A DNA stretch of 64,000 bases, taken from Trypanosoma brucei (lineage: Eukaryota). Numbering within the stretch: the stretch's first letter is position 1; each line of letters opens with the position of its first letter. The notes beneath the pieces were generated by a model, which saw only the letters and a program-made list of their open reading frames with translations, had not been told where the DNA came from and did not search any database. Shown here piece by piece: positions 27,010 to 37,744 of this stretch. The DNA lies in assembly GCA_000002445.1 (NCBI GenBank), contig CH464491.1, forward strand, positions 2,464,001 through 2,528,000, written 5' to 3'. The position numbers and the translations under genes are program-made.

Positions 27010-29586
27010 ATGCTATCCAAGTTATTCCGGTATGACACGAAACTTCAGGGGAAGCAGGAACTCAGTACCGCTGATCACAGGTCGTTACTTGAGCTTAGTA
27101 TGACAGACAACATTACATCCGTAGAGATTCCGCAGTACAGGGTGCGGGGGACGTTTGTTGAGTATGTGATTGAGTGCACAAAACGAAACATGACGTGGCA
27201 GGTGTTTCGGCGTTACCAGCAATTTAAGGCACTTGACCAGAGTCTGAAACAACTATGCTCACGCGGATCCTCAAGGCACTGTGACTACGGGGTCATTCCT
27301 GTCCTCTGCGGTAGCCACTGGACGGAAGTAACTAACCAGTCAATCGACCTCGTAGAAAAACGGCGGAGGCACTTGGAAATTTACCTCCGCCAGTTGCTCG
27401 TCCCGGGGAATGTATTTTATGTTGCTAAAACCGTGATTTACGATTTTCTTCACGATGGCGCGGTTCCTGCGCAGCACCAAAGGAGGGCCATACGACCGCT
27501 AATTGGCTTTGCAACGCCAGACTCGTTGGCAGACCTCCACTTGGAAAACAGGAACGGCGAAGGGAGTGCGAGCCGGTTAGGGGCGGCCTCAACTCTCAAC
27601 GATAAATCGATTTCTATGCTTGGGCCATCTGCTGTTGGTGAAAGTGATCGAGTGGATGATGGTGTCGGGGACGAAGAAGAGGAGCCCTGCAAATCACCTC
27701 CAGGAGAGACCGTAGAGAGCGGTGAGGAATGTGAAGATTTACCATCAGCTGACAACAGTGAAGCTGAGGACGTGCGTGTGCCGCCACCAGGCTCCTTGTG
27801 CAGGCAATGTAACGCTGAGTTTTCTTCTGTGCTGTATCCGCATCGTTGTTTCTTCTGTAGGCAACAGTTTTGTCGCGACTGTTTGCACCCAGTCGAACTT
27901 GAAGAAGGAGAGGTCGCTAGATCATGTGTTCAATGTTATGAAAACTTTGCTCGAAAGACCTGTAAACCCCAATATCCCCCAACTCCCATGGCTTCAACAC
28001 CAATACTTCAGTGCGCACCTGCTGGTGGTGCGTTGGACCCGTTGAACTTACTCGGTAGTACGTCCCACGTGCGAACAGATGTAACACTTTCTGACTTTAA
28101 GTTAGTTACAACTGTGGGACGTGGCACGTTTGGCAAAGTGATGAAAGTTATCTTTCGTGAAGATGGCAAGGTTTATGCTATGAAAGTGCTCAACAAGTGT
28201 GTTATTCACAAGCGGCGAATGATCGAGTACATCAGGGAGGAGAAGAATATCATGTCCTCTTTACCCTCGCATCCGTACATTGTAACATGTCACTTCGCAT
28301 TTCAGACTGACTACCATCTTTTCTTCGTACTGGACTACCTCCCTGGTGGAGACATGCACTCGCGTGTTTACCCTAAACTCAAACTAACTGAATCGGATGT
28401 CCGTTTGTATATTGCTGAACTTGTACTCGCACTCCAACATCTGCACCGTCACGACATTGCCCATCGTGACGTCAAGCTCGAAAACATTGTCTTGGGAGAA
28501 GACGGACATCTTAAACTGACAGATTTTGGGCTGGCACGCATGAATTTCTCACGGCAACGCCGTCGCAGTTTTGTGGGGAGTCCGGAGTACCTTCCGCCAG
28601 AAACGATTCAGGGGAAGTACCAAACGAAGGCTGTGGATTGGTGGAGTGCGGGGGTCATGCTGTACGAAATGCTGAGTGGGAAGACGCCGTTTTACTCGGC
28701 GTACAATTGTGAAATCTACAACAATGTGTTGAAGGCGGAGTTGGACCTCACAGCCCCGTGTTTCACGCCAGAGGCCGCCTCACTCATTGAACAACTGCTT
28801 CAAAGCCATCCAAAAGCAAGGTTGCAAGACGCAGGGGCAATAAAGGCTCATCCTTACTTTGCATCAATCGATTGGGCTGCTCTCGAAGGTAAAAAAATAT
28901 CTGCCCCCATACAGCTTGATCTTATGGGAAATGATATGAAATACATCAAATGGAAGTTCACGGCGGAGTGGGCTGTTATATACAAACCTCCTGGAGTGAC
29001 ACGTGCTACAATTGACCTTTTGATTAATCGCTTTAGTAACTTTGCTCATGTGAGCGAGGGGACGCCGCCCACGCCGCATCTGCCGATAGGGCAGCAGCAG
29101 GAAGAGGTATCTGACGGAGTGACAAACCCACCGGATATAACCGGCGTTTGGAATGTTGTCAAGGTAGAGATGCAAACGGAGGATGGAAAGATCACGCATC
29201 CTTGGGGAAGTGCAGTGTGTGGAGTGCTAGCGTACTTCCCAGAGGGTCAGTTCAGCATGCAGCTTACATCATATATGCGTCCACATTTGCGGCAACAGTT
29301 CGTGGATCGTGCCGTGAGAGAGGATCTGGTAGAAATGTGCAACTCGTACGCGGGCAGTTTCGGAAAGTATCAGATCAAGCCAGGGAGCAATATCATTACT
29401 CACAGGCTTCACGGCTGCCTCTGTCCGAATCTTACAGGAAGTACACAAAAGTATTTTTTTGAGGTTCGTGAGAGGAAAGAAAATGGGGCTAAAGTGTTGA
29501 AACTTTTTACCGCGTGTAACGCGCTCCCAGGTGAAGACATCTCCGCACAAACCGTCCTCACATGGGAACGGACGGGTTCCTGCTAA
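27010..29586 (+). CDS. AGC-family Ser/Thr protein kinase with N-terminal PX and FYVE-like domains and a C-terminal lipocalin-like domain (about 858 aa)
   Basis: The track start at 26905 is GTG; the first ATG is 27010. PX domain: YRVRGTFVEYVIEC...WQVFRRYQQFKALDQSL...RRRHLEIYLRQLL. FYVE-like Cys pattern: CRQCNAEF...HRCFFCRQQFCRDC...CVQCYENF. Kinase motifs are intact: GRGTFGKV, YAMKVL, HRDVKLENIVL, DFGLAR, GSPEYLPPE. C-terminal domain: GVWNVVKVEMQTEDGKITHPWGSAVCGVLAYFPEGQFSMQL...YAGSFGKYQIKPGSNIITHRLHGCLCPNLTGSTQKYFFEV. Confidence 0.85.
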   Translation: MLSKLFRYDTKLQGKQELSTADHRSLLELSMTDNITSVEIPQYRVRGTFVEYVIECTKRNMTWQVFRRYQQFKALDQSLKQLCSRGSSRHCDYGVIPVLCGSHWTEVTNQSIDLVEKRRRHLEIYLRQLLVPGNVFYVAKTVIYDFLHDGAVPAQHQRRAIRPLIGFATPDSLADLHLENRNGEGSASRLGAASTLNDKSISMLGPSAVGESDRVDDGVGDEEEEPCKSPPGETVESGEECEDLPSADNSEAEDVRVPPPGSLCRQCNAEFSSVLYPHRCFFCRQQFCRDCLHPVELEEGEVARSCVQCYENFARKTCKPQYPPTPMASTPILQCAPAGGALDPLNLLGSTSHVRTDVTLSDFKLVTTVGRGTFGKVMKVIFREDGKVYAMKVLNKCVIHKRRMIEYIREEKNIMSSLPSHPYIVTCHFAFQTDYHLFFVLDYLPGGDMHSRVYPKLKLTESDVRLYIAELVLALQHLHRHDIAHRDVKLENIVLGEDGHLKLTDFGLARMNFSRQRRRSFVGSPEYLPPETIQGKYQTKAVDWWSAGVMLYEMLSGKTPFYSAYNCEIYNNVLKAELDLTAPCFTPEAASLIEQLLQSHPKARLQDAGAIKAHPYFASIDWAALEGKKISAPIQLDLMGNDMKYIKWKFTAEWAVIYKPPGVTRATIDLLINRFSNFAHVSEGTPPTPHLPIGQQQEEVSDGVTNPPDITGVWNVVKVEMQTEDGKITHPWGSAVCGVLAYFPEGQFSMQLTSYMRPHLRQQFVDRAVREDLVEMCNSYAGSFGKYQIKPGSNIITHRLHGCLCPNLTGSTQKYFFEVRERKENGAKVLKLFTACNALPGEDISAQTVLTWERTGSC

Positions 29587-30015
29587 TCTCTTGCCTATAC
29601 GCTTCCCTGCCCCGTTAAATAATGGGCTGTTGCTGGGCCTCTCCCGTTGCTACTCTTCCCTGTTGCCTCCAATGTACCCAAACACGCTCATCTCACTGTT
29701 GGAGCCGTACAATGTGCTTCCATCTGCTGCTAGTGACTGATAAGGTGGGACAGTCTGGCGGCACCTTTTTTCTATCTCTCTGCCGTGGCACGGCTGCTGT
29801 ACAGTTCGGGGTATCGATTTCTCATAGCGCATCTTTTTCTTTTTTTCAGAAACACCCCTCTGTTATTGCCATTTGTCGAACGAACTCTTACCTTCATATG
29901 CTATTAATCATTCTCTGGTCACAAGTTGACGAATTTCTAGGACAAGAGAACGACAGAAGTAGAGGTAAAAAGAAAAAGGTGACCGCGGCACTCTTCTCTT
30001 TGTGCATCGTGTAGC

Positions 30016-32022
30016 ATGCTCTCCAGTGCGCTGAGGTTTGTAAAACCCGTCAAGCGGATGACGGCAACTGCTGGAAGGATCGTTTTTTCTAGCATCACAA
30101 ACACCCAGAAACGCGTAAGCACATCATCACAAGCCACAACCAAGTCGACTTTGGTTCTCTCTGATGAGGACCGCAAGCTAATGCCTCAGGGGATCGCACA
30201 ACCTACCATAGCGGAGCCCGGTGGAGTTAATGCACAGCAAGAACCAAGGAACGCTTCAGATACCATGGATGCAAGTACCGCTGTAGGGATCGGGAACCTT
30301 CGCAGAGGAAATAGCGGTGCATCCACACATGCTGGTGGTTATGCACCGTGGGAAATCCGCGCGCTCCTTGTTCCACTGTTGCCTGTAGGCAACACCTTTG
30401 TTCACATAAGTAGCGTCATCCACCTTCTTCCTTCGGCAGCACGGAAGGAAATGGAGCGTGAGGGGACACCCCTTCAGTACATAGAGAAATATCTATCGGA
30501 CAGTGTTATTGTCAGGGGGAGCCTGCTCTCGCGCATCACAACAGGTGCAAGCAGTTGTGACAAGGGGAATGGATGTAACAAAGCTTCTGTTGCGCCGCCA
30601 CCGCCTCCCATTTCCGTTGGTCGTGCAAGCGGTCCAGCTTCACAGCAGCAGCAGCAGCAGCAGGGCTTGCCTCCGCGAGGTGGTGCGGGTGCGAAAACAA
30701 CTCTTGAAGTGTTGGATATGTTAATTGAATTCATTCCAACCTTCTTTGTACAACACCAGATGGTAGCCGACCAGTTGCCGTCTGAAATTACAAAGCAGTT
30801 TGCTGACAGTAGTTTTCTTTATTATCTCAAGCGGTTCCGTCACTACATTGACATACGTGCCAGCCACGGGAACACTGAAATCCGGCTCCGCCCCGATTTT
30901 TCACACCCTAAGCGGGGTGCAGCTGATTCTCTCTACACCACTGGACTGAGCAGCAATGACATATTGAGCCAACTCGCCCGCGGTCGAAGGCCACCACGAC
31001 ACTCAGAGGCCAACTTAATTCAATTCATAGTGCCACGAATGCCCATCGAATACACTCCAATAGCTACCGTCCTGCAGGATGTGTCAGATATCGTCTCCCG
31101 CCATCCCTCCTTTGATCCTCGTCTCGGGGTAACGGGTCTCTTCGAGAAATACCCAGAATATTTTCAGATCACTGACTCCAAACTGCGAGTTCGGCCGTTT
31201 CGCAGTGCGCCAAATTCATTGGATGATTTGAACGCTACTACCTCACCCCTACCTGCTATATACGAGAAGGTTAAGCAACTGGTGGATGCACAGGCCGAGG
31301 GAAAGGACTACAGTAAAGAGTCAGAGAAGGCAGCTGCCATTGTGCCGACTGGTAAACTATACGCGCTACTTACTAACGTAGAAAAAACGGAGGTAAAAGC
31401 AAAATGTCGCTCCTTCCCGCGTTTCTTGCGGCTGCACGGCGAGGAGATTGTGGTATCTGTGGACAGCATGAAGGTGTACAAGTTCCGGCCAACGTATGAA
31501 CCCTGCGCAGAAACTCTTATGGATCAGCGGCTTATGATGAGTTCACTCTCCCCTAGTGACCCCGTACTAAAGATACCAGCCACAATGGAGGAAAGCAGTT
31601 CTGCTGACTGGGCCGTACGGGAGCTGTACGACGCGTTGCCGCTTATGCAGTGTGCTGAACTTAGTGAAGTGATGTCGCTCGTTCCGCCCTCCATAAGGGA
31701 TGCACTGCCAAAGGAGCTGGAGAAGCTTGTGGAACATTTGGCATTGTATCCCGACTACTTCGCCACCTGGCCCTACCCCGACGATCCCACTGTGATGGTG
31801 GTTCAGCGAGCAAAGCTGGAGCCGTTGCACTTAAAGAACGAAGACATTGTGAGGATGGTTCTTTCGTTTATTCCCCAGGGCGGTATTGAAGCGCACAAGC
31901 TGATGCGTCGCGTCCCGCTTCCTCTTCAAAGACACTTCTACCGCCACGGGTTGAAGAGGGTGCTTGGCGAACTTAAGGACTACTTTTTGATTGTTGGTGA
32001 TAAGGTTATGCGCGTAGGTTGA
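30016..32022 (+). CDS. hypothetical protein, probable mitochondrial presequence, poly-Q tract, six copies of a Y-x-x-YF...VRxRP-type motif, 668 aa
   Basis: ATG ORF. The N-terminus MLSSALRFVKPVKRMTATAGRIVF is basic and amphipathic. Q7 run at about 30643-30663. The repeated motif is described in findings. Confidence 0.7.
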   Translation: MLSSALRFVKPVKRMTATAGRIVFSSITNTQKRVSTSSQATTKSTLVLSDEDRKLMPQGIAQPTIAEPGGVNAQQEPRNASDTMDASTAVGIGNLRRGNSGASTHAGGYAPWEIRALLVPLLPVGNTFVHISSVIHLLPSAARKEMEREGTPLQYIEKYLSDSVIVRGSLLSRITTGASSCDKGNGCNKASVAPPPPPISVGRASGPASQQQQQQQGLPPRGGAGAKTTLEVLDMLIEFIPTFFVQHQMVADQLPSEITKQFADSSFLYYLKRFRHYIDIRASHGNTEIRLRPDFSHPKRGAADSLYTTGLSSNDILSQLARGRRPPRHSEANLIQFIVPRMPIEYTPIATVLQDVSDIVSRHPSFDPRLGVTGLFEKYPEYFQITDSKLRVRPFRSAPNSLDDLNATTSPLPAIYEKVKQLVDAQAEGKDYSKESEKAAAIVPTGKLYALLTNVEKTEVKAKCRSFPRFLRLHGEEIVVSVDSMKVYKFRPTYEPCAETLMDQRLMMSSLSPSDPVLKIPATMEESSSADWAVRELYDALPLMQCAELSEVMSLVPPSIRDALPKELEKLVEHLALYPDYFATWPYPDDPTVMVVQRAKLEPLHLKNEDIVRMVLSFIPQGGIEAHKLMRRVPLPLQRHFYRHGLKRVLGELKDYFLIVGDKVMRVG

Positions 32023-32729
32023 AGAACTCTAACATTACGTGAATCCACTGTTGTGATCACGCGAATAAAAACATTGATGATGGTGACACTTGAGCTACCG
32101 GTTAGCATACCGAGCGTGGAATTTCTTGGGTTGTGACTTCCGCATGCACGGAAGGATGGGCGCAGCATCATTGAGTCCAGAACGCGTGGGTTTGCGGCGA
32201 GTGGTTGACGCTAACAGAAATCATCACCGAGGTAACTTTTGAGAAGGATACAGAAGTTTGTTTGTGTGTGTGAAGCGTGGTGTCGCCACTGAGGATGTTT
32301 CTGGTGATACTTTCTGGCCACGAAAGGCTGATCCTTTTTATCGCCTAGTATTTCCATATTATTGATGACCGTTACTCTTCCCTTCACACAGGGTCACACA
32401 CGGCATATTCAATTCTTGAGTATAACAACTCTCACGCTTGCCTTCGTTTTCGTTATCATTCTTGATTATCCTGTGCATAGTACTAGGTAAGTAGAAGTCA
32501 GAATCAATTTCAGTGACTAGAATTGTTCCGTTTCCCACCTGTGGGAAAAGTTACCTATCCGTTAGGTTATATTCGCTTCGTTGTACATATACACAAGCAC
32601 TCGAACATTTTTATTTCGTTTTTGTTTTCAGGATAGTGTCGGTGTTTTGTTTTTACCTTTTCGAAGTTTAGTGGTATACTCTGTTGCTCACACTTTTGCT
32701 CGTGCGCACCTTTGAGTTCGCTTGGCTAA

Positions 32730-35021
32730 ATGCTACAAAAGGAGGTATTGGGCTCAAATGCGAATTCCTCCACGGTTCTTGTAAAGGACACAGAGGCTGG
32801 AGGGGAACTCCGCGTTGTTAAGCGAATCAACGTCACCTCGTGGGCGGAATCCGATGTGGACAAAACACTCGAGACGTACAACGCTATTGCTTCGGCAAAT
32901 ATACCGAATATGGTTAAGTTGTACGTGGCCATGCGGCAGAGCTCCTCCATAAGTGTCGTGAGCTCCTACTGCCTTGGCGAGGAACTGCAGGAGTACCTTG
33001 ACGAGAAAATCTCCTGTCCTTTAGATGAGGTTACTGCCTTGAGGTGGATGCGAAATATAGCGCGGGTCGTGCAACAGGTCCACAACCTTCCCCTCAACAA
33101 CAGGGTGGCATGTTTTCATGGACCTTTAATTGATCGTATTTTTGTTGTGGACGACGGTAAAGAGGTATGCGTAGGTTTGCCACTACCACGCGTCTTGTAC
33201 TTCAAATGGCTTGAGGAGCGTGAGACGTATGGTGTTAAATTGCACCACGAATACCCACCAGAAGTTCTGCGCGGCCGGTATTATTACACCCAAGCAAGCG
33301 ATATTTGGCAGTTAGGACTCGTAGGAATGAAGTTGTTAGCAGCTAACGCCTCATTTGATCGTCGATCAGCCGCCATTCGGACACTTATTGCGTCCATGAT
33401 GAACCCCATAATGAGGAAGCGACCTAACATTGAAGAGGTTAACAGAAAATTGGGGGAAATCACACGGGAACGCAGTATCTCATGCTTGTCGTCTGCGGAT
33501 GTGAATACTCCGACATCGTATGAACGATTTCTCACTCCGCGCTCCGCAGTTATGGAGGAGCCGATCGGAATGACATCGTTGGATGAGTATGACACCTTCA
33601 CCACCGACCTTAGTAAGACGAACTTCGATGAGGTGACCCAAAGCACGCATAAACATGCCTGGCGTAACAGGCTTCAACCAAGTTGGTACAACCAAGCGAT
33701 GAAGCAATTTGAGGAGCTGCAACGGATGAACTCAACCCCGTTAACGTCAAGGTCACGCCCGGCATCACCCACGCCAGCAACTGGTGGAGCTGTATCACCG
33801 CGAGCGAGGAGAGATGCAAAGGCAACAAACGCACGGGACAGGTCGGGTGGAGCTCGGCCATCTCCCCGTCGGCGCGCGTCCTCTTCAACGCTTACCGGAC
33901 CACAAAAAAATCGAACTCTTGAGCGCGTGCCGAGCTCGGCGCGCAGGGACCTTGCGATGCCCAGAATGTTGAATAACATTCCGTCTCAGCGGTCGCGTAA
34001 TGCCCATAGGTTGGAATTGGAAGAAAAAAAGCGAAGGCAACAGGCTCTGGAGCGAGAGGCCCATGCCATGCACCGAGTTCATGAAAATAGGATGCGGGAA
34101 ATCCGTAAGAACCAAGATGAGTCCATGAAACACGATATTCGGAAGTACATCAAGCAGTGGAGAGAGCAGAGCACCGCCGCAAAAGACGATAGCACTTCGT
34201 ATAGCGAACACAATGGTGTGGCAATATTTGTTCCAAAAAATCCACCACCACCGGGGCGGTCACCAAATGTAGACACGAAAGCAAAGCAACAACCACTTAA
34301 TAGTGAAGGGGATACACACAGGAGGGTTTTCTCGGATGAACTCACGCATGCAGCGGCAGGGCCGGTGGTGCATGGAAGCACACCAAGACCCTACAGTGCG
34401 ACACGACACCCGCGGACACCACCATCAGCTACACCGAAGCGCTCAGCATCTATATACCGCATCCGTGGCATTAGCCCCAAGGTGCCGCACTCACGTGCCA
34501 ATCCCTCCGACAGATACAAGGTCACAGAAAGTGCACCCACCACCACTGTGTCGTGTGCAAATCCTTCCAGTAGCAAAAATAGTGGCACGACGGCCTACCA
34601 AACTAGTGAAACCTCGTCCGGTACATATCCGTCAGGAACGAACAGGGCGGGGCAATCAAATTCACGGACAATCTCCGTTCTGGGAGAAGACGCGACTAAA
34701 CCAAGCTGCACAGCTGGTGTGCCAGGCACTAATCGTCTCGCTGCGGAAAGTCTCAGGTGTTCTGCGGGTAGATTGCGGGAAGCACTGGAGAAACTATTAC
34801 CAACCCGCGAGTTGTTCGTTGAGACAATGGAAGTTGTAGATGCCTTCGTGGTGCGCTCAGAGATTGAGCGGTGTAACCCTCGTTTCAACACAGTGTTCAT
34901 GCACACACTTAGGAAGTTAATGAATGATGATGAACTTCTTCTTTCCGCCGTTCCGATGTGTGCGCAGTTAGTTTCGTTGTTGAGTCTGTTGCAAGGAGGC
35001 GAACAGCCTGAGGGGACGTAA
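32730..35021 (+). CDS. protein-kinase-like protein, predicted pseudokinase, with a long disordered basic/Ser-rich C-terminus, 763 aa
   Basis: ATG ORF. Kinase-fold landmarks are present (LRVVKRI lysine, YPPEVL, DIWQLGLVGMKLL). The Gly loop is degenerate (LGSNANSSTV). The HRD region reads FHGPLIDRIFV and the DFG position reads VGLPLP. Confidence 0.75.
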   Translation: MLQKEVLGSNANSSTVLVKDTEAGGELRVVKRINVTSWAESDVDKTLETYNAIASANIPNMVKLYVAMRQSSSISVVSSYCLGEELQEYLDEKISCPLDEVTALRWMRNIARVVQQVHNLPLNNRVACFHGPLIDRIFVVDDGKEVCVGLPLPRVLYFKWLEERETYGVKLHHEYPPEVLRGRYYYTQASDIWQLGLVGMKLLAANASFDRRSAAIRTLIASMMNPIMRKRPNIEEVNRKLGEITRERSISCLSSADVNTPTSYERFLTPRSAVMEEPIGMTSLDEYDTFTTDLSKTNFDEVTQSTHKHAWRNRLQPSWYNQAMKQFEELQRMNSTPLTSRSRPASPTPATGGAVSPRARRDAKATNARDRSGGARPSPRRRASSSTLTGPQKNRTLERVPSSARRDLAMPRMLNNIPSQRSRNAHRLELEEKKRRQQALEREAHAMHRVHENRMREIRKNQDESMKHDIRKYIKQWREQSTAAKDDSTSYSEHNGVAIFVPKNPPPPGRSPNVDTKAKQQPLNSEGDTHRRVFSDELTHAAAGPVVHGSTPRPYSATRHPRTPPSATPKRSASIYRIRGISPKVPHSRANPSDRYKVTESAPTTTVSCANPSSSKNSGTTAYQTSETSSGTYPSGTNRAGQSNSRTISVLGEDATKPSCTAGVPGTNRLAAESLRCSAGRLREALEKLLPTRELFVETMEVVDAFVVRSEIERCNPRFNTVFMHTLRKLMNDDELLLSAVPMCAQLVSLLSLLQGGEQPEGT

Positions 35022-36096
35022 AATTTGAGGAAAGAAGGTGGGGAATAAAGAATGGAGGAAGGAAAGGGGGAGATAGGGACGATGTACGCAAGGTGGAGGT
35101 CGCTGCAGTAGTCACTGCGCTCGCTGTTACGAAGACAGCACGGGCAAGTGATTAACGGTCCAACTAACCGCACCCTTGAAGAGGGAAAACGATGGTAAGG
35201 GTTCCAACTTGTTTTGCTGCACTGCATGTACATATATACAAACTTAGAATTGTGCATGTATCTTGCATTCTTCGTATCTTTTTTGTGTACGTGCGCCTTC
35301 ACGTATCCCTCTCTTTTCCGTCTTCTTCTATCGCTCTGCATGTCCTCTCCTTTATTTTCGACGTGCCACGGGCGCTGTCAACCATTGGAAATGAATTCCA
35401 GCATATTATACGCAAACGCAAACATCCATTTCAGTTTGAATGGGCGGATTTTGGAGGGACGTGATCAGTCTTTTTATGTGTCTCGCAGTTCCGTACCCTT
35501 TCTCTCACACATTGCCGTGTTTTTTTTTGTGATTGCCTAACGTCTTTCAAAAAGGTGGAATTACGACACACGCAAAGGTGTGTCAAGGGTGGATATGAAG
35601 TTGAAGCAAGGGAAAGGAATGAGAATAAATGTAAAAGAGGTAACTGAAGCAGGTGGAGGTGTCTGTAGAAAGGGGGCGCACAACAAGTTGAACATGTGGA
35701 GTATCGTGAAGAATCCCAAAAGAAAACAAGAAAAAAAGAGGAAAACATTTCGCCCTTCTCTTCTTTTTATTTCCCCTCTCCTCCCTTGTTTCTCCTTCAT
35801 TTCAATAGGCTATCATAAAGAATCACTCCAGTTTATTTTTCCAGTGTTTCTGCTTCTTTTTCTGGCCCTTCTCTTCTCTTCTCTTCTCTTTTTTGCTTTT
35901 TTTCTTTTTTGTGTGAGCGATTGTTGTTATTATTGTTTTCATTACTTTCACTATCATCATCATTATTGACTCGTCCTTATTGGCGGTAAAGGACACCGTG
36001 AGAGAAGAGGGTGAATATTGTTAAAGTTGACGTAATTATGAGCCCTTCAGGAAGGATATTTCCCACCTTGTAGAATTTCATGGGAGTGTACTGTGC

Positions 36097-36114
36097 ATAT
36101 ATATATATATATAT
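36097..36114. repeat. (AT)9 microsatellite
   Basis: Direct reading. Confidence 0.9.
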
Positions 36115-37189
36115 GGATATGAATAAACATATTTATTACCTACGCAGTCCTGTTAGGCAATGTTTTGATTTGCTGCTGCTGTTGGCATTCCCCCTTCCAA
36201 CTCGATCGTGTGCCCGATTTCATCCCTCTAATTCACTTTCCCTTAAGGCTCATCTCACCTGTGACAGAGTGGGCGGCGCATGAAAATATTTTCCATTAAT
36301 TTTATATGGATGAGTTAAATTCTTTTGTTTCTGCATTTTGATTCTAGTTCGGGTGGGTTGGTGCGGTGCCACTTGTTGAAAGTGGGGTGAAGTATTTTTT
36401 TTTTAGGTTCGTAAACTGCGGCAACGACAGCAGTGACTTCATCATGAAAAGAATCCACTAGTGCGATTGTGACTGCGCGGCCCTTGTGACTTCGGGGCTG
36501 GCGGCACATAATTATCTCTACAGTTGTTTCATCGCATTGGTTTCCTTTTTTTTTCCTGGTTGCCATGGTGTTGGTGGTTCCCCGCACACACTTACCTTTT
36601 CGTTCGTTTTCACTTACTTCCTGCCATCGTGATATCGGTACTACATGAAAGAGGAGAGAGGAAATTTGGGGGGAAACTATGCGATTCTATTTTTGTGAAG
36701 AGCTGGCATTCTTCTTTTATATCGTCCCCTGTTCTGCATGCAGCTTTTCGCATATGCATAAGAGTTGAATGGTGCGGCGATGAGTCGAGAAAAGAAGGTT
36801 GGGGAAACAAAATAATCACGTGAAGGTTGGAAGGAAAAGGGAAAGGGCGGTGGAAGAAGAAACCTTAGAAGGAGAGAAGGCGATGGTAAGTGGCTTTCGA
36901 GAAGCGGAAAGCGACCTACCACGGGGGTAGGGAAATATTTTGTCCACTCTCACAGTTTTTTGTCTGCCTTGTGGTTTTTTTTAACTAGTTATTTTTTAAA
37001 AAGTAAATCACTTTTCAAAGTTGATTGCTTTTGCTCCTTCATTTGCATAATTTAGAACGTAAAGCCCCCACGACTGCTTAGAGAGAGTTCCTGTTGGAGC
37101 CACGAGACGGATGGGAAGGACAAGAAGGGTCGAAACCGTTCAGTGAATCGTACATCACACTTTCCATGATTGCATAGCCACGCACTCGT

Positions 37190-37213
37190 AAATATAAATA
37201 AATATATATATAT
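37190..37213. repeat. AAAT/AT compound microsatellite
   Basis: aaatataaataaatatatatatat read directly. Confidence 0.9.
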
Positions 37214-37453
37214 TTGCGCTTGCATATGCATATGCATAACCCCACTGAAAACACCTACTTGTGTAATTCACACCTCCAATACTTCCTACACCGCTTATAT
37301 TATTTTTTCCAATACTGCACACTTTGTGGCTTCTGTATTTATCACCTACCATTTGACTGTAGTAGTAAAGTACAGCACAGGGAAATAGTAAGGAGCGATA
37401 AGAGGAAAAACAGACGAGAGCACCGGTTTGTTGCAAGGTATAGCATCGATAGT

Positions 37454-37744
37454 ATGGGAGATTCTGAAGCCACTGCGGCTGCTGCTTTAGAGCAATCCAT
37501 GCGAAGTGGCCGGACCGTGGTTTATTATACTCACCCGCAGAAGCTTCCATCCACATCAAGGGGCCTAACCAATATCGTTTCTGGTGATCAGCAGGGCAGT
37601 GGGGCAGACAGTCGTCATTACAAACATGAAGAGGTTGTCGCGGCGGGTGATTTCTCTTTCCTCCCGTTCCCATCGTATTGTGGAAGGACAACCGCCAACA
37701 CGGTTCTCTACAAGCATTTTCTGTCTTTTGACGTCCACACATGA
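37454..37744 (+). CDS. tentative small ORF (96 aa) in an otherwise empty 3-kb spacer
   Basis: In-frame ATG (MGDSEATAAAALEQSMRSGRTVVYYTHPQKL...) inside track ORF 37214-37744, on the sense strand of the polycistron. It shows no recognisable homology, and an overlapping antisense ORF of similar length weakens the call. Confidence 0.25.
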   Translation: MGDSEATAAAALEQSMRSGRTVVYYTHPQKLPSTSRGLTNIVSGDQQGSGADSRHYKHEEVVAAGDFSFLPFPSYCGRTTANTVLYKHFLSFDVHT

